From Rhina ancylostomus (taxonomy: Eukaryota): 64,000 bases of DNA. The DNA is taken from assembly GCA_030265395.1 (NCBI GenBank), contig JARFYF010000017.1:43556465-43620464 (forward strand), read 5' to 3'. Under the pieces are notes generated by a model that was not told the origin of the DNA, made no database searches, and saw nothing but the letters and a program-made list of their open reading frames with translations. Position 1 is the first letter of the stretch, and every line of letters starts with the position of its first letter. Shown here piece by piece: positions 1 to 13,205 of this stretch. The position numbers were made by a program, and so were the translations under genes.

Positions 1-90
1 CCATCGATGCTGCCTGGCCTGCTGCTGAATTCCTCCAGCATCTTGTTTTTTTCAATTAGATTCCAGCATCTTCAGTCCTTTGTTTCTCTA
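1..90 (+). mobile_element. Penelope-like element terminal repeat fragment
   Basis: gatgctgcctggcctgctg..aattcctccagcat...agattccagcatc; the same motif recurs at ~1000, ~14310, ~15800 and ~25200. Confidence 0.65.
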
Positions 91-147
91 GCACTTAGTT
101 TTGGATTGAGTTGCTGTTATTAGGTGAATTTCTTTTTGTTTCAAAAG

Positions 148-381
148 GGTACAAAGATGGAACTGCCTCTTTGGATGGCCAAAGGATTGTGTGATTCCAA
201 ACGCCACATAGTATCTGCCAGCATTCCAAAGGTGTATAGAGGTGGTTGGCGGACTATTTTCAGTGCTGATGCAAAGGTAGTGGACTTGCATAAAATGGGG
301 CCATATTATTATGGGTTTGGAACGCAACTGCTGCATTTCAACAATCCAGAGAATACAGAGATTGCTCAGACTATCCTACAG
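148..381 (+). CDS. GINS3: GINS complex subunit 3 (Psf3), internal coding exon
   Basis: Acceptor tttttgtttcaaaag ends at 147 and donor CAG|gtaagt starts at 382. The exon is 234 nt, phase 0/0. Translation GTKMELPLWMAKGL...GWRTIFSADAKVVDLHKMGPYYYGFGTQLLHF...TILQ closely matches vertebrate GINS3 (GSKLELPLWLAKGL...GWRTVFSADPNVVDLHKMGP). The first exon lies before the window. Confidence 0.97.
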
Positions 382-769
382 GTAAGTATTCCATTTTGCT
401 GCATTTCAGAGTGTTGTTTACTTATTTGAACAACAGCAAAATTTTGTGATTATTGAAAATAAAACTAAAAATTTAGCATATTTAGTGAGAAGCAGTGTTA
501 AGTATTCAAGCTGATAACATTTTCTCAGTACTGGCAAGGAGTTCGCTGTGCTGCATATTTTAGGCAAGAATTGAGGGAAGGAAAAGAAAGTGGAATGTCT
601 CACAGTTTGGAGCACTGTAGTGATTAAATGGAAAAGAGGGATGATGGTACAAGGAAAAGTGAACCATGATTGTAGAAGTAAAGAAAGAAAAGATGGACCT
701 GTAAGAACTATAAATGGAAATGTCATTATCAACATCTGCCATCCAAAATTAAAGGAATGATGGTTATGA

Positions 770-1045
770 TCAACCATTACTTGTCTCACTACCACTCCTT
801 TTCCCTTGTACTGTCATCCCTTTTGCCATTTAATCTTTTCTGTCTTCCACAGTATCACAGATCTTCCCTCTTGATATTTCTTTTCCCTCTCCCCTTTCCC
901 ATCCCCACCTCCATGTCTGTGTCCCTGCTAACTTAAACCTGTTCGAGCTCTAATTTTGAAGAGGTCCTCAATCTCATGTGTGAACATCTTCTTTTCTCTA
1001 TCCACAGAGACTGCATGGCTTGTTGATTCTTTTTCCAGCATTTTA
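770..1045 (+). mobile_element. Decayed Penelope-like 3' end
   Basis: Pyrimidine-rich tract followed by ccacagagactgcatggcttgttgattctttttccagcatttt, the recurrent terminal motif. Confidence 0.5.
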
Positions 1046-1439
1046 ATAAAGCTTATGCAGATGTGACTGATGTAAGGCACGGTTGCCTTTCTATTCTTGT
1101 AACTTTGTAGGGATACAGATTGAGCTGCCATTCTTTTCATTTGTGAGTTTGTTATCATTTCTGAGCCAAATGTGACTAAACATGCTGTTCCACAGCAATT
1201 TGTGGGTGAGAAGGTGGTGATTTAACATTAGAAGCAATAAAATAACAACCCATGATGCAATTGCATTATCTGTGTGAAAAATAGCTTCTTTAAACATAAA
1301 ATATATATATAACTCATAATGACATAACTGGTTTATTTACAATTCATAATTTTTACTGCTTTCAAAACCTTTATTGACATTTCGCGACGGCAAGTCCTGG
1401 CTTTTTGTGGCTTGGGGCAACTTGCTGACAAGGGCACTG

Positions 1440-1660
1440 AGGAAAATATTCTTTGAATAGTGCCGTGGGGACTTTTAAGATATATCCGAGCCATCAGAGT
1501 ATGCAGATCTCTTGGAAGATATCTTGTTGAAGAGAGAGCACCTCTGACTATGCAGCACTCCATTAGAGAATTGCTTTCAGCGTGGAGTGTTGGGCTTAAA
1601 ACTGGTGAGGGGATCTGAACAACAGTCTTCCAGCTTAATAAAGAGAACGGTACCAACTAA
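1440..1660 (-). mobile_element. Deu-domain SINE (SacSINE1/AmnSINE1-like)
   Basis: Reverse complement of the Deu core (gagtgctgcatagtcagaggtgc...aaagtccccacggcactattcaaaga). Homologous to the copies at 39520 and 63160. Confidence 0.65.
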
Positions 1661-2610
1661 ATGTATCCGAATCTTCCCTGATAATACAACTTCCTTGCTG
1701 CATCTCACTTGATTATGCACTCTATCAAAACCACAATTAATAATGAAAGACAAACATGAAGAATAATATGATAATGCACATTAATAAAAGTGACAGTATA
1801 TTCTTGACAGCTTGCCTATGGTGGCCTGAAGTTACTTGTAAAGAATTGTACTTTGGGAGCACAGTGCTAGATTCCCTGCTCCTTTTCCCTCCATGGTATG
1901 AAGCAGTTAACATCAGATAGGGTTTTCTCCCCACAATAAAAACTTGAGTTTGTAACTTCCTACCATTTTCTTTTGTTATATATAAATGCTGTTATTATGC
2001 TGCCTAAGTGCAGTATGACTTTGTTCTTGTCAGCCATAAAATTGTTGAAAGAATTATAGTCTCCAGTTCTAGTACAGTAGCGAACATAGAAGTGATTTAT
2101 TTGTATGAATAGTTACTTTATAGTATGATCACCATTTTCAGTTGTCTATTGTAAAATTTGGATAACCTAAACCACAGCAGAGTTGAGGAGCATTGCTACT
2201 GTAAAGAAGGACCTACTGCTATTTGTAAGTTGGAGTAGGTATGAATACCAATAGGTAAGGGTACAACTGCCGATATGACATATGTAACAAACAAACCAAC
2301 AAAAGGTTCCAGTTGACTCTGGTTTCTCAGATCCTCAGAAAATAGAACTTGTGATCTAAGCTATAATGAAGAATTATGATGATAGCAGGTTCATTTCTTT
2401 TCAAACTGTACTGGGTTTGGGACCATTTTGTAATGTAAGCTGTATGCAAAATCAATGTATTCACTTATAATAGTGCAGTCTCCTGGTGTGAGTAATGTGG
2501 AAATGACCTCAGTACTTCTATTCTGGATGGAAGTTGTAGTGTCACTATATGTAGCTTTTTAAATATACTGTTCTATAAACTCTTTTTGACTAAGATTACT
2601 CTTGGCACAG

Positions 2611-2841
2611 ACATTTGTCAATCGGTTCCGTCGGATCATGGATTCCTCACAGAATGCATACAATGAGGACACTTCAACACTGGTGGCTCATCTGGATGAA
2701 CTGGAGCGGGAACTGTTTCGAGCTGGTCAAAAGGGATTGAACGACTTCCAAATGTGGGAGAATGGGCAGGCTGTCCAAATCACCACTTCCAACCTAGTTC
2801 AGAGCTATGGTAAACGGAAATTTGCAGATATGGAAGCATAA
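2611..2841 (+). CDS. GINS3: GINS complex subunit 3, terminal coding exon
   Basis: Acceptor ctcttggcacag ends at 2610, in phase 0 with the previous exon. TFVNRFRRIMDSSQNAYNEDTSTLVAHLDELERELFRAGQKGLNDFQMWE...KRKFADMEA* matches the GINS3 C-terminus. Stop TAA at 2839-2841. Confidence 0.97.
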   Translation, partial: TFVNRFRRIMDSSQNAYNEDTSTLVAHLDELERELFRAGQKGLNDFQMWENGQAVQITTSNLVQSYGKRKFADMEA

Positions 2842-3205
2842 AGTCTCTGTGTAGCTGATTATAGACATGATAAAGGAAATAGTATGAAGATTCCTCTCGG
2901 ATATGTGGATTTCCTTAAGCTGAAAATAATCCTACATAAGTCGTGACTGAGTTGTTCACAGAGATCAAAACTAAACAGAGGCACTGCAATGAAATGAAGC
3001 AGAATAACATTGATAGTGTGATTCCACTGGTACCAGTTCAGCACCCACCTTCCACACATACACTAAGCTAGTTATGAAGCTAAATATTGACAGTGACTAA
3101 TTGTTTAACTTCTATGGGGTTTTAGATGTTTTTGTCATGGGTCATTCTCCCTTCATTTTGAGTCCTACTGACATCCATTATGAAAACCCTGAAGCATTAC
3201 TTTGT

Positions 3206-3211
3206 AATAAA
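3206..3211 (+). terminator. Candidate GINS3 polyadenylation signal (AATAAA)
   Basis: First canonical AATAAA I found after the GINS3 stop codon, about 365 nt downstream. No transcript evidence is available. Confidence 0.45.
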
Positions 3212-4329
3212 ATGGAATTGACAGCTGCATCTATTGAGCTACTAGGGAAGGGTACAAGGTGAAAATTAAATTCTTAATACTTTAAGTGCCTATTTTTCCT
3301 TCTACAGTTTATTATANNNNNNNNNNNCCATTTGAAGCCAGAGAAGAGTTCAGTGCAGCTTAGTGCTTGATACACAAGTGCAATGCATGTGGTTTCATGT
3401 TCAGACCTTTAATGAAGGCTGTGCTAATATTGAAGCATTGTTACTTTGATCTCTGAAACAACTTTAAAGGCAATTATTCTCCCATCAGCAGGCAAAGTGG
3501 GTTTTAAGTATTGAAAATTTCAATTCCAAGCTCATTGGCTGTTTGAATTTGACCAGTGCTCACCTCTTGAGTATTGTATTGTTCTTCATTGAATGAATAG
3601 ATGAGTGCCTGGAATGGCTCCAGTGTTATTCTGTCATGTTTTGCCTTTGTTTTGATTGTTGATGCAATTTGGTTACCTCTTGCTCTTTAACTGTCAGTGT
3701 GCTGTACCATAATTTGTTCCTGAAATCCAGTCTATTTGTAACACATAAACAGAAGCATATTTCCTTTGTAGTACCTCTCCTGCTACCTGAGAGGGCAAGA
3801 GAGATGCAGCTTGTAGTGTTGTTGAATATTACCAATGCATGACTGTGAGAATTACATTCTAGATCACCAGTTTATTCCTCCAGACATTTTTATTTTAAAG
3901 TCTGATTCTATATGTCCTTTGTGTGTACGTTGCTAGTAATTGGAAAGTAGACTATTGTCTAAAACACTATATTAATATAACTTTTATTTCACATTGAAAG
4001 ATGGGTATGTGTTTCAGTGACATCATGGGCTTCTGATGACATTAAAAAAAAGGGTAAATGTAGGCTGCTGCCAAAAGATTGTGTCAAAACTTTTATTATG
4101 CATCCCTCTGTCATCTAAATATATCAAGCTTTTAATATATTTACTGGCTGTTGTGTCATGGAGCTGTAAGTATACCATCTGTTAATCTTTTAACTGAAAT
4201 TTTGAAATTGTATTCCTTTCAATTCATCTTTGATTTTGTACCTTTTTAAGCTATGTTTTTTAACATTGGATATGAAAAGTTTTATATAAATTGTCACATT
4301 GATTTCAATACTGTTGTTTTTATGATTAG

Positions 4330-4860
4330 AACTATGCAACAGAAAAAGACCATTCACCCCATCGTACCCGTGTAAGCTGTTTGAAAAATGATCCCACTTG
4401 CCTGCTTTTGCCCAACTCCCGGCTCTACAGCATTGCAAGTTTTTTCCTGTTCGTGTATATATATATATTTTCCCTTTGGAAGTGTGTAATTGAATCATTC
4501 CAAACACTTTCAGAAGATAAATTCCAAATTACAACGAATTTCTGGAAAAAAAATCTCCAAACCTTCACTCACCATTTTCTCCACATCTGTGTGCGCACAA
4601 TTTTGGCAGTCTTGGGCCACTGAGTTCTATGGATTTCTAACTAAAGTACCCCTTGGAGATAAAGGGTTGGACATTAACCCATCACCTTAAGGTTCTGGAT
4701 TTAAATCTTCTCCTTTCATGAGCAAGCATTGTGTTTGGGTGATCTTATTCTACATTTTGATAGTTCTAGACCCTTGGTACAAAATGCCTCTAAATTTCAA
4801 TCTCACCCAGAGGCCACAACATAACTGGCATCTTGTACAGGGAATTGTTACAATAGTTCA
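4330..4860 (-). mobile_element. Highly decayed CR1-like LINE 3' fragment
   Basis: Starts with a tail-like gaac...agaccattcacccatc, resembling the reverse CR1 ends at 23665 and 46765. Confidence 0.45.
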
Positions 4861-7749
4861 AAATGATGCTCATCTGAGTCTAGATCAAAGCCTGTTATTG
4901 AAGAAAAATGGAAGAAGTTTTTCATTGCACAGAATTATTATACACAAACAGGTATTTATAAATGCAGGATCTTCTGCCTCTCCAAACACCACTTAATTAT
5001 AGTGGAAGAGTTACTTACCACATTGGCCATGTCCAGATTTCTGGGCATCAGGACATTCTGTGGGGGTGAGATATACCAGCATGAGGTTGTACCAAGTTTT
5101 AAGGTGGTCAGACTGAATTTCTTTTGAGACTGCTTAGACTTTGAGGCTTTTTAAAAAAATACCCAGTTGTCCTGCCATTCCAATACTGGATGCCAGGAAA
5201 CAGTACATTGTTCTTTGTCATTCAAAGCAATTGCCAAAGGTATTGAATAATGCTAATGTAACTGGAGCTGAAATTCTGTGCTGCAATGTTTGAAATGGAA
5301 AGTGCTACATTTCCTAATTTTGATCAACAAAAAACTTACACTAAAAATGTTGCTTCTTGATCAGATTGAGTTATAAGATGAGCTAATTATTTTCCCTGTC
5401 TATCTTCATCAACTACCTCCATGTTTTGCAAAAAAAATAAGGCAATGCCTGAATTTAAGCAAGCTAAATTATCACTATTAACTAGAGTAACCACATACAT
5501 TGTACTGAGAGTTTTGTGTCATCACAAGGTGATTAAAAGGTTTTTTTAAAACTTGCAAGCAATATGATAATGTTACACTGCAATATTTTTTTTAAATCCT
5601 CCTTTGCACTTCTCTCAACATTTCTTCAGACTTAATTCTTGGGTAACTTTCATGCTGTGATAGGTCAGTGTGATACAGAGTAAAGGTTCCTTATTGTTAG
5701 CTGAAGGTAGTAGCCTTTATAATATATGCTGCACTTTATAAAATTAGTTGCAAGTACAAAAAAAAGTACTTGGTGTTGCTATGGTACCAATCCCATACTT
5801 GCAGCTTCTAGTTTGTTTATTTTCTTCCTCTGGATCATCCTGTCACCTGTGATATCTGTACTTGTGATGCTCTTCCCCTTCATCTACCAAACCACCAACC
5901 CTCCTACCTAATCTCTTGCATGTTCCCAGTCCCTACCATTGAAGAGCTATTCTCCACGTCTTGCTGCAGCTGACCAAGTTATCAAAGTTGGCAGACCTGT
6001 GATTCCATGCCATTTGTGCTGAATGAGTATCAGGCTAGAGGACCATTCCAGCATCCCTGAAGTAAATGAATGGACTCTATTCAATCCTGCTTGAATGTTT
6101 TTACCATACTTCTGTCTTAATTTTTTTCTCTTATCCTTTCTGCTTCTTCTTCCTGTTTTCGAACTCATGCATTTTCTTTCCTTCTTCTGCGTTTTCTGTC
6201 ATTGTGTTTCCATTTCCTTCACCCGACTGTGTTGCTTTTACCCTGCCTCCACCTTGTTTATGTTCTGTCACTTCATTTCTTCTGGTGTCCCCATTATCTC
6301 TTTCTCTTTCCAACTCTTCATCCTTTGTATCTGTGACATTTAGTATTTGGAACAATTTTCTCTGTGGCTTGGGATTTACATATTTTCTAGAAAGTGCCCG
6401 AGGCATCCCAGTCAATGCATTTTGGATGGAATTGTTTGTTCCTGCATTTCACACTGAGAACATTTACTTCCACCTCAAAATTAATTAGTTTTGACATGTT
6501 CCTTTGGTTTAATGTAGAAAATTGACTTTGATCACATGATTGCTTTCCAAATACAGGTCACTTTGTTTCAAGGACAATGCAAATACTCAACATTCTTGAT
6601 TTTGTGACTAACTTAATTTTCAATTCCTCAATGAAATCTCATCAATAATAAAATTGCTTTTCACTTTGGGACATTAGTGTGCAAAATCAAGGGTGAATTA
6701 GGTCAGATAATATCCTTTGGCAGAGCTCTCATATGGAGCATCCAATATACATCATAAACTTGCAATGGTAAAATGTCCCATGGTGCATTGTGGTATTATC
6801 AAGCAAAATGTCTCCTGAGCCTCACACGGTACTAGGGCAGGAATTTGGTCAGAGATAGATGTTGAGGTGCGTCTTAAGGTGGGACAAAGAGGATAGGTGG
6901 GAACAGTGGAGTTCTTCCTGTGAAATCGACTCGTATTATTGAGGAAGGTTTGAAAAAATTTTGGGAGGGTACTCAAATTGGTAAATGATAGAAATGAAAT
7001 CAGAACAGTGAGATAGCAAAAAAACAGTAAAATTAGAATGGCAGGAGGCAAAATGAGGAAGATTGCAGTAGTGATGAAGAAGGTATTAAATTGTTCATAC
7101 GTGATTGTTAATATATACCAATAGAGTGTTGCTAATATAGGCATAGACTGCTATATGGAATTCTAGTGAGGTTGCATCCTTCATTTAATGTTTCTTGTTA
7201 ACCAGTACTCAGGGATGGCAGAGAAAGAAAATGCAGATGGTTCTGGTAGTATTTATTATGGATGTTATACTTCTCAATGGAAACAACATTTTCGACTGGA
7301 GACAACAAAAACATGAATCGCACACTAAATTTGGCATGTGATTACTTCTGATGAACCTCTGAAGAAAAATAATGTGAAAGAGAAAGTGCTGACGTTATTC
7401 TTTTACATAGCATGATATACTTAGCCTTTCCTCTGCAATCTCTTATCTTGAGTTGGAGAGGGGACTATGTGGGAGAGGAGAGAGAATAAGGGGCAATGAG
7501 AGGTGATGGCGAAAGAGGAAGGTGGTGGAAATGAACAAATGAAGGAAGTTATAGAAGACATCTATTTGGAGAAGTGTTTGCCAGCAGCTTCAGCCAGAGA
7601 TGTGTGATTTTCTTTTTTCACAGCTGAAAATCAGGTATTCCACCAGAATCTGTAACTGGCCTGTCCCAAAATGGCATTACCATTAAGCTAGAGGACCTTC
7701 CCTGGTTCAACGTGTCAGGGACAGCTTCAACTGTCATTAAAAATAAGAT

Positions 7750-8400
7750 GTCAATCAATTTGAAGTTCAATGCCAGCAATGGATAAAGCCAAGTGATTCA
7801 TAACCAACGAACTGGATCAAAGTTTTGCAGTCCTGCTATAGTAAATTGTAAATAGTGGTGCATAGTTAAATTTGCTAACTAAAGAGGAGACTCCATGAAC
7901 TTCCCATCCAGGCCGCTAGTGGAACCAAGCTAAGTGACAAAAACAAGACTGAAGTATTTGCAATCACCTTCAGGCAGAATTGTTGAGTGGACTATCTATC
8001 TTCAATATTTGCTCTGGTCCCCACCAATTAAGAAGCCAGATTTCAGCCAGTTTGGTTCACTCCATATGATAATTGAGGAAGGTCTAAATGTAATGACCCT
8101 CAAACATTGTGCCTGTAGAGCTGAAGACTTGTGCTCTGGAAATAACAGTGCCTTCAGTCAAACTGTTTCATGATAACTACAACACTGGTATTTGTCCATT
8201 GAAGTGGAAAGTTGCCCAGGTGTGTTTAGTCCAAAAAAAGCAAGACGAATCCAACGAAGCTAATTCTTTGCTCACCCAACCAATCCATCCTTAGTAATCG
8301 GCAGAGTGATGGAAGGTGTCATCAAGAGTGCTGTCAAGTCACACCTCCTTCAGTTTGAGTTCTACCATAAACAGAATGGCCGATCATTATTCCAGAGCAG
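7750..8400 (+). mobile_element. Decayed non-LTR retrotransposon ORF2 fragment (CR1/L2-group reverse transcriptase)
   Basis: LKTCALEITVPSVKLFHDNYNTGICPLKWKVAQVCLVQKKQDESNEAN resembles the RT N-terminal 'P..WK.A.V.P..KK....P.NYRPI' motif. The frame is disrupted. Confidence 0.8.
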
Positions 8401-8410
8401 GAGAGATTTT

Positions 8411-8440
<30 letters not shown>
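8411..8440. repeat. Compound (TG)n(AG)n microsatellite
   Basis: tgtgtgtgtgtgagagagagagagagagag is visible directly. Confidence 0.95.
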
Positions 8441-8441
<1 letters not shown>

Positions 8442-8809
8442 ATCATTAATATGTCTATTGAACCAGAGCTCACTTTAACTAAATTTGTGAGATCATGAGA
8501 TTTGTTGTATGGAGATTCTCATTCTTGTAGGCTACTATTGTGGCTGCTGTTTGGCACATCTGGTCACTAGGACTTACGTGCCACCCTGAGAGAATCATGC
8601 AGCTTGCTCCTTTTCTGTTCTCTCTCTTTGTGCACACTAAAGTGTTTCCAGCTGTGGTGAGGTCCTGTTTTAGTGCACATTTCTGAGAGGTAATGGCTAG
8701 ATCATATCTGGCCAATTTGCAGATGATCTGATTAGGCATTAAGGTTATATACTGCATATGTTTACCATGCATAACAGGTGTGAAATCCAATTTCTAGGCA
8801 ATTGCATAA

Positions 8810-9450
8810 CAATAGCACCATTTGATGAGGTAACAGGGAAGGTTAATTTTATATATATGAGCTTGAACAAGACTATGTAATTAAATATATAGAATTTAAG
8901 GAAAAGTGGCAATCTGGATACAAAATTTTCTCAGTGTGATGCTAGATTGATGTTTTATGTAATTGGTGGTGATTAGAGAAGTGTTCTTTAAAGGTCACTT
9001 TTGGATCGATTGTTCCTCTCAGGTTTTAAGAATGATGGGCATTTGTGCACAAGGAACAGCATTGTAAAGTGTGCAGGGGATACAATGCCAGACAAAGTTT
9101 TCATTGGTCCTGAATATGATTGAGGATTTCAGGATGACGTAGACAGGTGAAGAATACTTGGTAACACAGAAATGTGAAGTAATCCAATGTGGAAGGTTTT
9201 ATAAATGACACATATTTGAAAAGTGTGGATTAGCATATGGTGTCCTTGTTCAAAAGTCCCTAAGTGTGACTCAGCAAGTTGGCCAAATAAATATATAAAT
9301 TACTAGGATTTATGAATGAAGAATTACATAATACGTACTAAAGAAAAGCTGAGATCATACCTGAATTTTATAAATTTTATGAACTAGTTGGACTATTGAG
9401 GACGACTCTGGACAAGGCCTTTCTTTAAAAAAAGGTACATACGAAAGTTA
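8810..9450 (+). mobile_element. Highly decayed CR1 LINE RT fragment
   Basis: tttgatgaggtaacaggg...gaaatgtgaagtaatccaatgtggaagg resembles the better-preserved CR1 copies at 10100 and 46765. Confidence 0.55.
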
Positions 9451-10094
9451 ACTATCATGTTTTAATAAAGATGAGATACTTAGGTTATGAGCTGGCTTAT
9501 AAGTACGTAAGAGGTTTTCAGATGATTTTCTACAATATTGAATGAGTGATTTATTGCACAGATCATAAAAACTAGGCTCCAGTCAGCTCTTCAATAATTA
9601 ATCAACTCTGGCTATTTAGATTGGTTTGTATCAACATTGCACAACACTTAGCAATTACGTGAATCAGTCAGGTTCAGAACAAAAGATGAGCTGAGAGAAC
9701 TCCTGGGTCACTTAATTATAATCCCATGGTTCTGCTACCTAGAAACATCACCAACTGTGCGCAAGTGACAGACATTTGACTTCTTTCATTTTCTACACTT
9801 TTAGTTCAAAACTAGTTGATTACTTTTTTATTTAAGATATATTGACCTGTTAGACTGAAAATAAGGCTGATGAAATTGGTCCCATCCAATTTAAGCAAAG
9901 AGCTCAGGAAATAACTGACAGTTTTCAATTTTAATGTGAAATTTTAATTATGCTTTATTACAGATACACTGAAAAAAATCAAGCAATTCCTGCCATCCCA
10001 AGGAATGAAATACTCTGGGATTGCTTCAAATTAGTGTGTCAGCATCAAGCAGTAAGACCTGGGAGTTTCATAACAACTTGTTTATCCCTTGAAG

Positions 10095-10895
10095 GTGCCA
10101 AATGATAGTTTCCAAAATGGAGAAAGGGAAAAACCAAATTGAAAGATTTATGGTAAGACATAAAAGCAACACGGCAGTTGTAGGTGTGATCTTAATTTCC
10201 CCAATATTGACTAGGGCTCCCTTAGTGTCAGTGGCTAAGATGGGGCAGAATTTATTAGGTGCATCCTGGATTTTCCAGGGCACGTTGATATCAAAAAGGA
10301 GGTGCTGGGGTTCTTGAAGAACATTAAGGTGGATAAGTCCCCAAACGCAGGTAATTGAGAGAACCAAGAGAGCAGATTTTTGGGGCCTTGATAGAGATCT
10401 TTGTATCCTTGTTAGCAACGTTCTGGAGGACTGGAGAATAGCCACTGTTGTTCCTCTGTTAAGAAGGGCAATAGAGATACACCAGGAAATTATTGTAGGT
10501 GAGCCTTAAGTCAGTGGCAGGGAAATCATTGGAGAAGTTTCTTGGGGCTAGTATCTATTTACATCTGGAAAACCATAGTGTTAATAGGGATAATCAGCAT
10601 GGCTTTGTGTGAGGGAAATGTCATATCTTACAAACTTGATCAAGTTTTTGAGATGACGAAGCTGATTGATGAGTGTAGGGCAGTGGATGTTGTATACGTG
10701 GACTTTAGTAAATCATTTGTCAAGGGCCATCATGGATCCAGAAGATTAAGGCACATGGGATCCATGGAGACTTGGTAGACTGAATTCAGAGTTGGCTTGG
10801 CCATTGAAGACAGAGTAGTGATGGAGGGGAGTTATTCTGACTGGAGGTCTGTGACCAGTGATGTTCTGTGAGGATTGGTGTAGAGGCCTATATTT
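10095..10895 (+). mobile_element. CR1-type LINE ORF2 fragment
   Basis: Contains 'IKVDKSP', 'EDWRIATVVPL' and 'FEMTKLIDECRAVDVVYVDFSKSFVK', the last matching the CR1 RT motif VDVVY.DFSKAFD. Frameshifted. Confidence 0.9.
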
Positions 10896-10896
10896 G

Positions 10897-10898
<2 letters not shown>

Positions 10899-10928
<30 letters not shown>
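10899..10928. repeat. (CA)n microsatellite
   Basis: About 15 CA units, at the CR1/Penelope junction. Confidence 0.95.
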
Positions 10929-10929
<1 letters not shown>

Positions 10930-10931
<2 letters not shown>

Positions 10932-11879
10932 ACGAAAACAGTGTTTACCCCCCCAACTGCTGTCAATGCAGCCCTCACCCGTGTGTCTTCTATTTCCCGT
11001 ACACCTGTCCTCACCCCCTCCCCACCCAGACATAACAGGGATAGAGTTCCTCTTGTCCTCATCTACCACCCCATGAACCTACACATCCAACATTGCCATT
11101 CTCCAACTTGAGCCATCTCCAATGGGATCCCACCAGCAGGCACACCTTCCCCTCCCTTCTCCACATTCTGCAGGGATCACTCTCTCCGTGACTCCCTTGT
11201 CCGCTCGTCCCTCCCTATTGATCCCCCTCCAGGCAACCGTGCTTAAGTTTTAAACTTGGCTCTAGACCTCCTCCCTCACCACTATCCAGGGCCTTAAACT
11301 GTCCCTCCAGGTGAGGCAGTTCTGCATGTGAATCCATCAAGGTTATTTATTGCATCTGGTGCTCCTGGTGCGGCCTCTACATTGATGAGACCCGACACAG
11401 ATTGGGGGATTGCTTCATCAAGCACCTTCACTCCATTCCTCCATACCAGCCAGGATCTCCCGATGATGAGCCATTTTAATTCCACTTCCCATTCCCACAC
11501 CGACATGTCTGTCTGTGGCCACCTCTACTGCCAAGTGGAGGCTAGACACAGATTAGAGGAACAACACCTCATATTCTGACTTGGTAGACTCCAACTTGAC
11601 AGCATGAACATCGATTTCTTTAACACTTTGCTCTGTCCCCTTTTTACCCTTATACCACTAGCCATACCTCTTTCCCCTCCCCCACCCTCTCAATTTGCCC
11701 ATCACCCACATATTCCTCCTTTTGGTTCCCCTCCTCACGTCCTTCCCTTTATTCCATGGTCCACTGTCCTCTCCTATCAGATTCCATCACCTTCCGCCCT
11801 TTGTCACTTCCACCTATCACTTCCCAGCTTCTTACATTGATCCCACTCTCATCCTTCCTCAACGGCCGATTACATCCCC
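10930..11879 (+). mobile_element. Penelope-like retroelement, GIY-YIG endonuclease region and 3' end
   Basis: Contains ctctacattgatgagacccgacacagattgggggattgcttc (an LYI[G]ET..RLGD.F motif) and 'HFNSTSHSHTDMSVCG...RHRLEEQHLIF...MNIDF'. Runs into an N gap. Confidence 0.88.
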
Positions 11880-12949
11880 NNNNNNNNNNNNNNNNNNNNN
11901 NNNNNNNNNNNNNNNNNNNNNNNNNNNNNNNNNNNNNNNNNNNNNNNNNNNNNNNNNNNNNNNNNNNNNNNNNNNNNNNNNNNNNNNNNNNNNNNNNNNN
12001 NNNNNNNNNNNNNNNNNNNNNNNNNNNNNNNNNNNNNNNNNNNNNNNNNNNNNNNNNNNNNNNNNNNNNNNNNNNNNNNNNNNNNNNNNNNNNNNNNNNN
12101 NNNNNNNNNNNNNNNNNNNNNNNNNNNNNNNNNNNNNNNNNNNNNNNNNNNNNNNNNNNNNNNNNNNNNNNNNNNNNNNNNNNNNNNNNNNNNNNNNNNN
12201 NNNNNNNNNNNNNNNNNNNNNNNNNNNNNNNNNNNNNNNNNNNNNNNNNNNNNNNNNNNNNNNNNNNNNNNNNNNNNNNNNNNNNNNNNNNNNNNNNNNN
12301 NNNNNNNNNNNNNNNNNNNNNNNNNNNNNNNNNNNNNNNNNNNNNNNNNNNNNNNNNNNNNNNNNNNNNNNNNNNNNNNNNNNNNNNNNNNNNNNNNNNN
12401 NNNNNNNNNNNNNNNNNNNNNNNNNNNNNNNNNNNNNNNNNNNNNNNNNNNNNNNNNNNNNNNNNNNNNNNNNNNNNNNNNNNNNNNNNNNNNNNNNNNN
12501 NNNNNNNNNNNNNNNNNNNNNNNNNNNNNNNNNNNNNNNNNNNNNNNNNNNNNNNNNNNNNNNNNNNNNNNNNNNNNNNNNNNNNNNNNNTGACTAGCTG
12601 TCAGGGGCTTCTTGGAGCAGTTTTGTCATTTGGTCTTGTTCGACCCCACCTATGTCATTAAAGCCCTGCTGCTACTGCTCAGGACTTTGCCTCTCAACTG
12701 CGGGCTGCCAGAACAAGCAAGGTTAGCTTTCCAGATTAGGCCAAGGTAAATTCAAGAGAGTGAATGTAAGAAGTGATTCCTGGTGGCGAATCTGTGTCAG
12801 TAAAATCCAGAGTTTTAGCAGTGGAGTCACTGATATAGTTTGGGGGAAAATGGTACCCAATTTCTACACAGCAAAGTCCAAACAAAAATCCGGTTCCACC
12901 TGTGAATGGGAGCAGCCCACATTTTTTAGGGCCAATGGTTGGGTTGGAA

Positions 12950-13205
12950 CCTGAGCCCCAGCGCTGTCTTTGTGGAGTTTGCACATTATCCTTGTGAACG
13001 CATGATTTCCTCTGGTTTCCTCCCACACCGCAAAGTTGCCGTTGGGTGGCTAATTAGTGACTGTAAATTGCCCTTGGTGTTGGTGAGTGAAGGGGGAACC
13101 CGAGTGGAGTTACTGGGAATCCGAGAGAGAATAAATTACAGGGGAATGGGGATGTTGTGAGAGTTTGCATGGAATTGATGGGCTGAATGGCTTCTTGTAT
13201 GTCAT
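12950..13205 (+). mobile_element. V-SINE (HE1-like) SINE
   Basis: V-domain tgtggagtttgcacattatccttgtg...ggtttcctcccaca...aaag, with a CR1-like tail gatgggctgaatggcttctt. Confidence 0.85.

Noticed and set aside
11695-12661. Long ORFs of 100-400 aa here and at 37157-37671, 54107-54510, 58437-59764 and 62142-62528
   Set aside because: They are open only because they run through N gaps (poly-X translations).
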